Source: an uncultured Planctomycetales bacterium
GTDB lineage: Bacteria > Planctomycetota > Planctomycetia > Pirellulales > S012-138
Direction of reading: 5' to 3'
Length of the DNA stretch: 64,000 nucleotides
Assembly: GCA_937927735.1 (NCBI GenBank)
Contig: CALBRZ010000002.1
Coordinates: 37,800 to 101,799 of the forward strand
In this document: one piece after another, positions 9,599 through 17,949 of the stretch
Layout: every line of letters begins with the position of its first letter
How positions within the stretch are numbered: the first letter of the stretch is position 1
Notes under the pieces: model-generated
What the model saw: the letters and a program-made list of their open reading frames with translations, nothing else
Database searches by the model: none
Told to the model about the DNA's origin: nothing
Program-made: the position numbers and the translations under genes

Positions 9599-10420
9599 AT
9601 GCCGCTGGTTCTCAAGTACAAAGCCGCGACGACGATCCCCGTCGAACTGTATGGCCTCACGCCCGACGCGGCGGCCCAGCGGTCGCTGGCCGAGGTGGAG
9701 CGGCTGCCCATCCAGCACGGTAACCGCCAGGTGCCGCTGGCCGAGTTTTTCGATGTTTCGGGCAGCGTGTCTGACGGGGAATTGCGTCTGGAAGGCGACC
9801 TGCGCGGCGTGCATGGCATCGGTGCCCAGATGGCCGCAGGCATCATCCGCATCGAGGGCGATGCCGGCCGGCACCTGGGCAGCCAGATGACCGGCGGCGA
9901 AATCCACGTTTCCGGTAGTGCCGGCGACTGGGTGGGCGCCGAGATGCGTGGAGGCCTGATCCACGTGCGCGGCGATGCCGGCAACCAGGTTGGCGGAGCG
10001 TACCCAGGCAGCCGCCGCGGTATAAGAGGCGGTACGATTCTGATCGGTGGCCGGGCAGGCGATGAGGTAGGCCACACCATGCGGCGCGGCACGGTGGTCG
10101 TGGGCGGCGACGCGGGCGCCGGCGCCGGCTTCAACATGATCGCCGGCAGCATCTACGTTTTTGGCCGCTGTGGCGCGCAACCAGGGGCAGGCATGCGGCG
10201 TGGAACCATTGGCCTGTTTGGGCCGGAGCGGCCAACGCTGCTGCCCACGTTCCGCCAGGCTTCGACGTACCAGCCGACGTTCTTGCGGTTCACGTTCCTG
10301 GAACTACGGCGACTAGGCTTCGACGTGCCTGAGCCGCTGCTGGCTCGCCGCTTCACGCTCTACCATGGCGACTTTCTGGCCCTGGGCCGCGGCGAGATTT
10401 TGATGGTGGAAGACCATTAA
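9599..10420 (+). CDS. fhcC: formylmethanofuran dehydrogenase subunit C family protein (FwdC/FhcC, GXGXG-repeat beta-helix)
   Basis: Repeated GDAGxxxGxxMxGGxIxVxGxAG units: IRIEGDAGRHLGSQMTGGEIHVSGSAGDWVGAEMRGGLIHVRGDAGNQVG...ILIGGRAGDEVGHTMRRGTVVVGGDAG. Confidence 0.75.
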   Translation: MPLVLKYKAATTIPVELYGLTPDAAAQRSLAEVERLPIQHGNRQVPLAEFFDVSGSVSDGELRLEGDLRGVHGIGAQMAAGIIRIEGDAGRHLGSQMTGGEIHVSGSAGDWVGAEMRGGLIHVRGDAGNQVGGAYPGSRRGIRGGTILIGGRAGDEVGHTMRRGTVVVGGDAGAGAGFNMIAGSIYVFGRCGAQPGAGMRRGTIGLFGPERPTLLPTFRQASTYQPTFLRFTFLELRRLGFDVPEPLLARRFTLYHGDFLALGRGEILMVEDH

Positions 10421-10863
10421 CCGGTCCCCGTCTTGTTCCAGTGTTCGGCGACGGCCGCCAGCAGCGGATCGATCGTGAACTGTTGGATCTGGTGGGGCGG
10501 CGACCAGGCGATCCACTCAAACCCTTCGTGCTCGGTGGGAGCCACCACGGCATCTGCCGGCACCCGGCCCAGGAACACCACCAGCGTTTTCTCGACCTGC
10601 TGATTATTGAGCCACTTATAGCGTGGGTAGTAGACGTGCTCGAATCGGAAGTCGGGATCGAGCTCGATCTGCTGGCTGGGGATGCCGGTTTCTTCCTCGG
10701 TCTCGCGCAGAGCGCACGTGACTTCGTCCTCGCCCTCCTCAACGTGCCCTTTGGGGATGTCCCAGCGGTCCGGGTGACGCATGAGCAGCACCATCCGCCG
10801 TGGGGCGTCCTTGTAGAGCAGCACGCCGCACGCTTTGAACTTGGGAAGGCCCTCGGTTGCCAT
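10417..10863 (-). CDS. NUDIX hydrolase
   Basis: Nudix box GHVEEGEDEVTCALRETEEETGI. Start trimmed to ATG at 10861-10863 (MATEGLPKF...) because the longer ORF would overlap truB. Confidence 0.85.
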   Translation of the reverse strand: MATEGLPKFKACGVLLYKDAPRRMVLLMRHPDRWDIPKGHVEEGEDEVTCALRETEEETGIPSQQIELDPDFRFEHVYYPRYKWLNNQQVEKTLVVFLGRVPADAVVAPTEHEGFEWIAWSPPHQIQQFTIDPLLAAVAEHWNKTGTG

Positions 10864-10921
10864 GATGTTCTTGTTGTACTTGGGGGGCGTGTGATGGAAG
10901 TCCGCGAAGGTGGCCAGCGGC

Positions 10922-11851
10922 TCAGCGGGCTGCGAAGTTGCGAACCACTTTGAGCTGCCGGCCCCGCAGGACCAGAATCGCGGCCAGGTCGCCGGCTTGT
11001 TCGCAGTGTGGGCCAAAGACGCCTGCCACTTCCTGGCCTTGGTCAAGCTGCAGCGTGGACGCGATGGCCGCGTCCAGCGGGTGTCCATTGGCGAGACGCT
11101 TGAGTTCGTCCGGGCCGAGGGAAACCGTCGGCAGATCGGCCACGGCGGTTGTGGCCGGCTGTAGGTGCGACTGCCAGGTGTCGGCCGTGAGTTCGTCCAG
11201 CGGCACGGCTTTCTCGACCGTAAACTGGCCCACCGCGGTACGTTCCAGGGCCGACATCACCGCGGCGGTGCCCAACGATTCGGCAATATCGCGCCCCAGC
11301 GAACGGACGTAGGTGCCGGCGCTACAAGCAATGTCGAGTTGAAACAGTGGGTAGGCATAGGCCAGCAGCTTGAGCGAATACACCGTCACCGGCCGTGGTT
11401 TCAGCTCTACTTGCTGACCCTGCCGGGCAAGGTCGTAAGCCCTTTTGCCGTCGACCTTTAATGCGGAGAAAGCCGGCGGCCGCTGTTGGATCTCGCCTAC
11501 GAAGTTGGCCAGCGCGGCTTCCAACTGCTCGCTCGTTGGCACGGGCGGGGATGGTAGTTCTTCGACCTGGCCCTCGATGTCTTCGGTATCGCTGCGACGG
11601 CCCAGCAGGAAGGTGCCCCGGTACCGCTTGGTTTGCTGCTGCACGTACTCGATCAGCCGTGTTGCCTGGCCCACGCACACGACCAGCACGCCCGAGGCCA
11701 GCGGGTCCAGGGTGCCGGCGTGACCGGCCTTGGCGGGGCGGACCAGACGCTGCACGTGATCGACCACGCGGCGCGAGGTGATGCCCTGCGGCTTGTAAGC
11801 ATTGATGATGCCGCTGGGCGAAGCGGCGGACTTGGGGCGAGCGACAGCCAT
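10922..11851 (-). CDS. truB: tRNA pseudouridine(55) synthase
   Basis: GIINAYKPQGITSRRVVDHVQRL...GHAGTLDPLASGVLVVCVGQATRL with the catalytic Asp motif, and a C-terminal PUA-like region. Confidence 0.95.
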   Translation of the reverse strand: MAVARPKSAASPSGIINAYKPQGITSRRVVDHVQRLVRPAKAGHAGTLDPLASGVLVVCVGQATRLIEYVQQQTKRYRGTFLLGRRSDTEDIEGQVEELPSPPVPTSEQLEAALANFVGEIQQRPPAFSALKVDGKRAYDLARQGQQVELKPRPVTVYSLKLLAYAYPLFQLDIACSAGTYVRSLGRDIAESLGTAAVMSALERTAVGQFTVEKAVPLDELTADTWQSHLQPATTAVADLPTVSLGPDELKRLANGHPLDAAIASTLQLDQGQEVAGVFGPHCEQAGDLAAILVLRGRQLKVVRNFAAR

Positions 11852-11970
11852 CAGCGAGAAACCGTGGGGTCCGCTGGGCGGACCGTATTAAACCGACGCA
11901 CCGGTTGGGGCCGCTATGCGGACCACCGCATTCCGCACCGGTGCAAACCAGACAGCAAACCGAGCAACCA

Positions 11971-12016
11971 GCAAAAAGCAAACAGGGGGCGGGGCAGCCA
12001 AGGCCCTTCCCCCTGT
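11971..12016 (-). terminator. putative intrinsic terminator downstream of the DUF1571-like gene
   Basis: On the minus strand, ACAGGGGG...CCCCCTGT forms a GC-rich hairpin (11982-12016) followed by TTGCTTTTTGC. Confidence 0.55.
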
Positions 12017-12088
12017 CGGTTCAATGTGGCAAGTGGGGGCGGCCGCCGTCAAACGGTACCCGCCCGCCGTGTAAGGTGTGGCGCGTGC

Positions 12089-12994
12089 TTAGTCGGCGTC
12101 TTGCACCCGGCCGCGGAAACCGTAATCCGGATTGGTGACGCTGAAATCGCGGTCGGTCAGGCCGACGTTCAGCTTCACGTCCAGGTAAGTGTATTCCTCA
12201 ACCAGGACCGGTTTGCCGCCTTTTTCCTTGGGCCAGGTGTAGGCTTCGTACCGAATGGGGATCCGGTTCTCTTCGTCGATGAACACCCGGGCGATGTGGT
12301 AACGGAACTGCTGCCGCGGCTCCGGATGCACGAACTGCATGCAGGTGCAGAGGCGGCCGTTGATCTTGGCGTTTTCAAAGAACTGCACTTCGCACTCGCC
12401 GTATTGCAGCTCCGACAGGCCCACCTCGACCAGGCGGCGAATCAGGTTCGCCATGCCGACCTCATAGATCGGGTAGCGGTTGTCTTCCATTGCCCGGCGG
12501 CTGTTGGGATCGAGCGTGACCGTGCCGATGTTGGGCACGCTGGCCACGATCCGGCCGCGGTTCTCGCTGGGCACGTACAGGGCTTCGCGTCCGCGCTTCT
12601 CGGTCGGAGCGCGGAAGTACAGGTACGCGCCAAAGGGCTGATGCCGGACCTTCAGTTCGATGTATTCCGGCGGCAAAAGCTCGCCGTCCACCCGCTCGCG
12701 TTCTACCAGCGTGCAGGTGTAATCGCGAATCTCCTTCATCCGCTCCATACCTTCGTAGGCGCGGCGCAGGGCCGGCATCAGCGGATGATTTTCCGGGCCC
12801 ACCAGCGGGGGCAGATCGAACATGTTGTCGTCTGTGGGCGGCGGCGCGGGCAGCGCCGTCTTGAACGTTTCATAGGTGGTGCCCGCCCGACCGGCGGCCT
12901 GCTGCGCACCGGCAGCTACCGTCAACGAGGTCCAGGTCACCGTTGCCAAAACCAGCAGCAAACAAGCGCGCATAACCCACCTCAACAGGATCAT
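12089..12994 (-). CDS. secreted hypothetical protein, DUF1571-like (family recalled from memory, unverified)
   Basis: Signal peptide MILLRWVMRACLLLVLATVTWTSLTVAAGA. Clear coding composition, and its length and sequence style match the planctomycete DUF1571 family. No catalytic motif recognised. Confidence 0.55.
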   Translation of the reverse strand: MILLRWVMRACLLLVLATVTWTSLTVAAGAQQAAGRAGTTYETFKTALPAPPPTDDNMFDLPPLVGPENHPLMPALRRAYEGMERMKEIRDYTCTLVERERVDGELLPPEYIELKVRHQPFGAYLYFRAPTEKRGREALYVPSENRGRIVASVPNIGTVTLDPNSRRAMEDNRYPIYEVGMANLIRRLVEVGLSELQYGECEVQFFENAKINGRLCTCMQFVHPEPRQQFRYHIARVFIDEENRIPIRYEAYTWPKEKGGKPVLVEEYTYLDVKLNVGLTDRDFSVTNPDYGFRGRVQDAD

Positions 12995-13457
12995 TTTGCC
13001 GCTTACGGGGCTGGTTGCCAGTTGCCCGCAGTGGCGTTCTGGAGTGCTTCTTTTCTGTTCCGGCTTGCTCCCGTGGGCCGCGGCGACGAGGGGGAGCGAG
13101 CCATTATAGGAGCGGCCTTTCGGGAGGACTGGGGTGGCAGGCCCTCTGGCAATGCCAGCGCCGGCACGCTAACGAGCCGGCTCGGCTTGTCTTACGGAGG
13201 GTGCCAACCTCACCGCGGCGCGTGACCACGACAGTTAGTCCTGGTACGCAACCATGCCATCGTGCCACACAAATCATGCGCTATGCGTTCGTTCATGCCG
13301 CAAAAATCAAGCCCAAGGCAGCCAATCGCCCGCACATTCGTTGCGACCCGCCCATTTCCTCTAGATAGGCCATGCGATCGCCGGCACAATGATGGGCTAC
13401 CCGCGTACACTGCCCGCCGCGCGTTCCAATCGCGCACCTGTCAGGGAGGAGGATCCC

Positions 13458-15137
13458 ATGGCACGTAGGCCTCATGCCTGCCTCGACATGTTCTTGCAAT
13501 GCCTGCCGCTCTCGGTCGCGCTGCTGGCCCTGGTTGTGGTGGCCGGTTGTGGATCCAGCAGCGAGCCTGCGCCGCAAGCGGGCGATCCCACGCCGGCTGC
13601 CAGTGCCACGCCTGCTGCTGGCGACACGGCTCCGGCCGGCACGCTGGTGCTCACCGCGAATCCCGCGGCCGCCACGGCTCCGCGCGACATCTGGGAAGCC
13701 GTGTTGTTCGATGGCGAACACATCGGCCACGCGCATACGGTCGTTCAGCCCACGGACGAACCTGATCGCATAAGCGTGGATTACACGCTTTCGTTACAGC
13801 TTCAGCGGTTTGGCGACGACACGCAGCCGGCCATGAAGGTGCAGTCTATCCAGACCACCAGCGGTAAGCCGATCAGCTTCACGGTCGAAACGGCGCTGGG
13901 CGAGCAGCCCATGACCTGCCGCGGCCAGGTGAAAGATGGCCGCCTGGTGCTGGAACGGTCGGGCATGCCGCAGCCGCAGGAGATTCCGCTGGAGGACGAT
14001 GTGCTGGGCTTCTGGGGCGTGGAAGCCAACCTGCTCACCAGGCCGATGCAGCCGGGCGAGAAGCGGCAGCTGCGGGCATTGGATCCGACGTTGCTGACCG
14101 TGATGAACCACGAGCTGACCGCCACCGAGTACCAGAACATTGAACTGTTCAATACTTCGCACCGGTTGCTGCAAATCGACCTGGTATCGCGCTGGCCGGG
14201 GCGCCTGGAGCTGAAGTTCCGGCTGTGGGCCGATGAACTGGGGCAGATCTTCAAACGCGAAAGCATCGGCCTGGGCGTGCAGCAGACGTTGATCGTTACC
14301 TCGCAGCAGCGCGCCACCGGAACTACGGGTAAGTTCGATCTGGGCAGCCGTTCGGTGGTGCGGGTAAGCCAACCGCTGACTAACGCCCATGCCTTGCGTC
14401 AGGCGCGTTATCGCGTGCGGCTCACGTCAGGCGATCCGGCGCAGGTCTTCAAGGCGACGCCGCTGCAGCAGGTGCAGCCGATCGATCAGAACCGGGCCGA
14501 GATCGTGGTCACGGCTCCGGACTGGCAGCAGGTGCGCCAGGCCGCCAGCAGCTTGCCTGGCGCTACCGTGGGGCCGGCGCCACCGGCATCACCTGACGAT
14601 GGCCGTGACGTCCCCACGCCGGCCGATCTGCAACCGGGCCGGCTGATTGTGAGCGACAACCCGGAGATCGTTCGCCTGGCCCAACAGGCAGCTCCGGCCG
14701 AAGCATCGCCGGTCGATGTCGCGTTGGCTTTGGAACGCTTTGTTCACCGCTCGATCCAGCAGGTGAACTACAAGACCGTGCTCGGTTCGGCGGCCGACGT
14801 GGTGCAGCGGATGGAAGGCGACTGCACCGAACACGCCGTGCTGCTGGCCGCCATGGCCAGGGCTCGCGGCATTCCTGCTCGCGTGGCGGTGGGCCTGGTG
14901 TATGTACCGAGCCTGAGAGGATTTGCCTTCCACATGTGGAACGAGGTGTACGTGGCCGATCGCTGGTTGCCGCTGGATGCGACGCTAGGGCAGGGCGGCA
15001 TTGGGCCGGCGCACCTGACACTGCTGACCACCAACCTGGCCGACGATGCCAGCGGCGGCGACAGTCTGGCCGCACTACTGCCGGTTGCTCAGGTGATGGG
15101 GCAACTGGAGATCGAAGTGCTGCAAACTAGCCCGTAA
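13458..15137 (+). CDS. transglutaminase-like cysteine protease domain lipoprotein
   Basis: AGGGAGGAGG lies 5 nt upstream of ATG 13458. Lipobox LVVVAGC. Cys-His-Asp core EGDCTEHAVLLAAMARARGIPAR...FHMWNEVYV...WLPLDAT. Confidence 0.85.
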   Translation: MARRPHACLDMFLQCLPLSVALLALVVVAGCGSSSEPAPQAGDPTPAASATPAAGDTAPAGTLVLTANPAAATAPRDIWEAVLFDGEHIGHAHTVVQPTDEPDRISVDYTLSLQLQRFGDDTQPAMKVQSIQTTSGKPISFTVETALGEQPMTCRGQVKDGRLVLERSGMPQPQEIPLEDDVLGFWGVEANLLTRPMQPGEKRQLRALDPTLLTVMNHELTATEYQNIELFNTSHRLLQIDLVSRWPGRLELKFRLWADELGQIFKRESIGLGVQQTLIVTSQQRATGTTGKFDLGSRSVVRVSQPLTNAHALRQARYRVRLTSGDPAQVFKATPLQQVQPIDQNRAEIVVTAPDWQQVRQAASSLPGATVGPAPPASPDDGRDVPTPADLQPGRLIVSDNPEIVRLAQQAAPAEASPVDVALALERFVHRSIQQVNYKTVLGSAADVVQRMEGDCTEHAVLLAAMARARGIPARVAVGLVYVPSLRGFAFHMWNEVYVADRWLPLDATLGQGGIGPAHLTLLTTNLADDASGGDSLAALLPVAQVMGQLEIEVLQTSP

Positions 15138-15293
15138 GTGCGGCCGGCGTGCGGTTGGCCGCGGGCCGGGCGGCAAATTTTCTTTGCCTCACTCAGGGAC
15201 TTTGCGCAAACTCGCTATATTATCACACCGCCGGTAATCAGCCCGGTGATCTACCGCTGGCAACAACCCTCCGAACGTTTGGGGCCGATTCAT

Positions 15294-17453
15294 ATGAAGC
15301 TCTCGTCTGGTTTGTTGATGCGCACGTTGGCATGGGCGCTGGTAGTCGCCGGACTGCTGGGCGGCGCTGCGGCGACCGCGGCGGACCCCAAGAAGCCATC
15401 CGGGCCGGACACCAGCCGCGGCGACAAGATGCTCGCCGATTACTTCCGCCACGAGACGAAGCGGCTGGCCGATCGCTGCCTGACCGACGTCAAGTCGCTG
15501 GAAGATTGGGAGAAGCAGCGCGAAGTCTATCGCCAGCAACTTCGCGAGATGCTGGGGCTGGAGCCCTGGCCGGAAAAGACCGATCTGCACGCCACGGTCA
15601 CCGGCCGCGTCCACCACAATGAGTTCGTGGTCGAGAAGATCCACTTCCAATCGAGGCCGGGGTTGTACGTTACGGCCAACCTGTATCTGCCCCGGAAGAT
15701 TGACAAGCCGCTGCCGGCGATTCTGTACGTGTGCGGTCACGGCCGGGTGAAGAAGGACGGCATCAGCTACGGCAACAAGGCCACCTACCAGCACCATGGC
15801 GGCTGGTTTGCCCGCAACGGTTACGCGTGCCTGATCATCGACACGCTCCAGTTGGGCGAGATCGAAGGTATCCATCACGGCACCTACGGTCTGGCCGACG
15901 GCAAGGGCGGTTACGAGAAGCGCTGGTGGTGGAACTCGCTGGGGTACACGCCCGCCGGCGTGGAAGCCTGGAACTGTGTCCGGGCGATCGATTACTTGCA
16001 GTCGCGCAAGGAAGTGGACCCCGAGCGGATCGGCGTGACGGGCCGTTCGGGCGGCGGCGCCTATAGCTGGTGGATCGCCGCGCTCGACGAGCGGATCAAG
16101 GCCGCCGTACCGGTCGCCGGCATCACCGACCTGGAGAATCACGTGGTCGATGGCTGCGTGGAAGGCCATTGCGACTGCATGTTCATGGTCAACACCTATC
16201 GCTGGGATTACCCGCTGCTGGCCGCTCTGGTGGCTCCGCGGCCGCTGCTGATTTCCAACACCGACAAGGACCGGATCTTCCCGTTGGAGGGCGTGGTTCG
16301 CACGCATGCCAAGACGCGTGAGATCTACCGGCTGTATGGCGTGCCCAAGCACCTGGGCCTGCAAATCACCGAAGGCCCGCACCTCGATACGCAAGAGCTG
16401 CACATTCACGCCTTCGTGTGGTTCAACCGGTTCTTGAAGAAGCAGGAAGAGCCGATCGACGACGTGGCCGTGAAGTTTTTCGAGCCCGAGGAGTTGCGGG
16501 TGTTTGAAAAGCTGCCGCCCGATCAGCTCAATACCACGATCGACGATCGCTTCGTAAGCCGGGCTGAAGTGAAGGAGCCCCGCAACGCCGCAGAATGGTG
16601 TGCGATGCGTGATCAGTGGTTGAATGCGCTGCGCGAGAAAACGTTCCGCGGCTGGCCCGAGGACGCGCCCGAGTTGAAACTGACGCGAGTCTTCCGCACT
16701 ACCGCCGATGGCGTGGAACTGACCGCCTATGACTTCCCCAGCCAGGAGCATGTCAACCTGCGGCTCTATGTGGCCCGGTCGGCGGATCTGAAGAAGGCCG
16801 ACCTGATGGTGCTCAACGTGCTCGACGATCAGGGCTGGCAGCAATTCATGGCCACCTATGGCGAGAAGTTCGCCAAGGACTTGTCCGCCGAAGCCAAGGC
16901 CACCGGAACCTTCCAGCCCGACGCTGAAAGCTTCCAGCGGACCAGGCAGATGCTCGCCAACAACTCCTGGGTGATGGCGTACGTGGCGCCGCGCGGCGTG
17001 GGGCTCACCATCTGGAACCAGAATGAGCGCAAGCAAACCCACATTCGCCGGCGGTTCGCCCTGCTGGGCCAGACGCTCGACGGCATGCGTGTCTGGGATA
17101 CCGTCCAGGCCGCGAAGGCTTTGCGGCAGGTGTCCGGCCTGAGCAACACGCAGCTTTGGCTGCAGGGGGAACGCGACGCGGCGGGGATGGCGCTCTACGC
17201 CTCGCTGTTTGTGCCCAACGTACACCGCATCGATCTGCACGGGTTGGCGCATAGCCACCGCCACGGCGGGCTGGAGTTGCTCAACGTGCTGCGGTACCTC
17301 GACGTTCCGCAGGCCGTGGCACTGGCGGCCGAGAAAACCCAGGTGCGGATCTACCAGGAGACGCCCGGCGGCTGGGAGTACCCGCTGAACGTGGTGAAGA
17401 ACCTGAACTGGAATCCCAAGCAATGTTCTGTGTTAACGTACTGCTCCAAGTGA
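15294..17453 (+). CDS. secreted alpha/beta hydrolase (acetyl-xylan-esterase / dienelactone-hydrolase-like) with a C-terminal extension
   Basis: Start set at ATG 15294, giving the signal MKLSSGLLMRTLAWALVVAGLLGGAAATAA. Nucleophile elbow GVTGRSGGGAYSWW followed by VPVAGITD. Confidence 0.8.
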   Translation: MKLSSGLLMRTLAWALVVAGLLGGAAATAADPKKPSGPDTSRGDKMLADYFRHETKRLADRCLTDVKSLEDWEKQREVYRQQLREMLGLEPWPEKTDLHATVTGRVHHNEFVVEKIHFQSRPGLYVTANLYLPRKIDKPLPAILYVCGHGRVKKDGISYGNKATYQHHGGWFARNGYACLIIDTLQLGEIEGIHHGTYGLADGKGGYEKRWWWNSLGYTPAGVEAWNCVRAIDYLQSRKEVDPERIGVTGRSGGGAYSWWIAALDERIKAAVPVAGITDLENHVVDGCVEGHCDCMFMVNTYRWDYPLLAALVAPRPLLISNTDKDRIFPLEGVVRTHAKTREIYRLYGVPKHLGLQITEGPHLDTQELHIHAFVWFNRFLKKQEEPIDDVAVKFFEPEELRVFEKLPPDQLNTTIDDRFVSRAEVKEPRNAAEWCAMRDQWLNALREKTFRGWPEDAPELKLTRVFRTTADGVELTAYDFPSQEHVNLRLYVARSADLKKADLMVLNVLDDQGWQQFMATYGEKFAKDLSAEAKATGTFQPDAESFQRTRQMLANNSWVMAYVAPRGVGLTIWNQNERKQTHIRRRFALLGQTLDGMRVWDTVQAAKALRQVSGLSNTQLWLQGERDAAGMALYASLFVPNVHRIDLHGLAHSHRHGGLELLNVLRYLDVPQAVALAAEKTQVRIYQETPGGWEYPLNVVKNLNWNPKQCSVLTYCSK

Positions 17454-17710
17454 AGAACCCGGCCGACGTGGACGAGGTGGCGCGGCTGCTCACCGAGGCC
17501 GGCCGCTTGAGCCGCCAGGAGCCGGGCTGTCTGCGGTTCGAGGTCTACCACTCGCAGAGCGATCCGAACGTGTTCTTGCTGTGCGAACGGTGGGAGTCCG
17601 AAGCCGCCTGGCAGGCCCACCGCGAGGAAAAAGCGTTCCGCGAAATCTACCAGCCGCTGGTGCTGCCGAAGGTGGAACGCACACCCCACATCAGCACGCT
17701 CTTGGAGTAA
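17423..17710 (+). CDS. antibiotic-biosynthesis-monooxygenase (ABM) domain protein, YgiN-like
   Basis: 95 aa ferredoxin-like ABM pattern: VNVLLQVKNPADVDEV...EPGCLRFEVYHSQSDPNVFLLCERWESEAAWQAHREEKAF. Overlaps the upstream gene by 31 nt. Confidence 0.8.
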   Translation: MFCVNVLLQVKNPADVDEVARLLTEAGRLSRQEPGCLRFEVYHSQSDPNVFLLCERWESEAAWQAHREEKAFREIYQPLVLPKVERTPHISTLLE

Positions 17711-17949
17711 GCCGGCGGTTCGCCTGTTCCTTTGATCTAATCGCCACAGGCCGTCGATGCCCGCTGGGGCATGCACCCGCTGGGGCCCCGTGTGGCGGTC
17801 TGCGCATTTACTTTCCCCCCTCCTAGCGGTTACGATCGCCGCTGTCAGGCACGACGCAGATTGCTCGTGCGTTGGGGCCGCCGCTTGCCCTCTGCTGTTT
17901 CTCTCCCCTAGCCAGGGATCCGCAGCGCGGATCTGCCGGAAGGCTTCTC

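Noticed and set aside
10864-11088. N-terminal extensions of track ORFs: NUDIX 10864..11088, membrane protein 32399..32698, moxR 35653..35796, DUF58 36981..37283, hisH 59161..59211, moeA 59526..59600, cmk 42899..42946, RND 46457..46531, hydrolase 15138..15293.
   Set aside because: Each extension overlaps the upstream gene or has atypical composition. An internal start gives a canonical N-terminus (signal peptide, P-loop spacing or family-typical first residues), often with a start/stop overlap or an SD-like sequence.
15189-17423. 744-aa minus-strand ORF covering the alpha/beta hydrolase gene.
   Set aside because: It is a shadow ORF opposite a gene with a signal peptide and a GxSxG motif. Its composition is R/G/P/H/Q-rich and it has no family motif.
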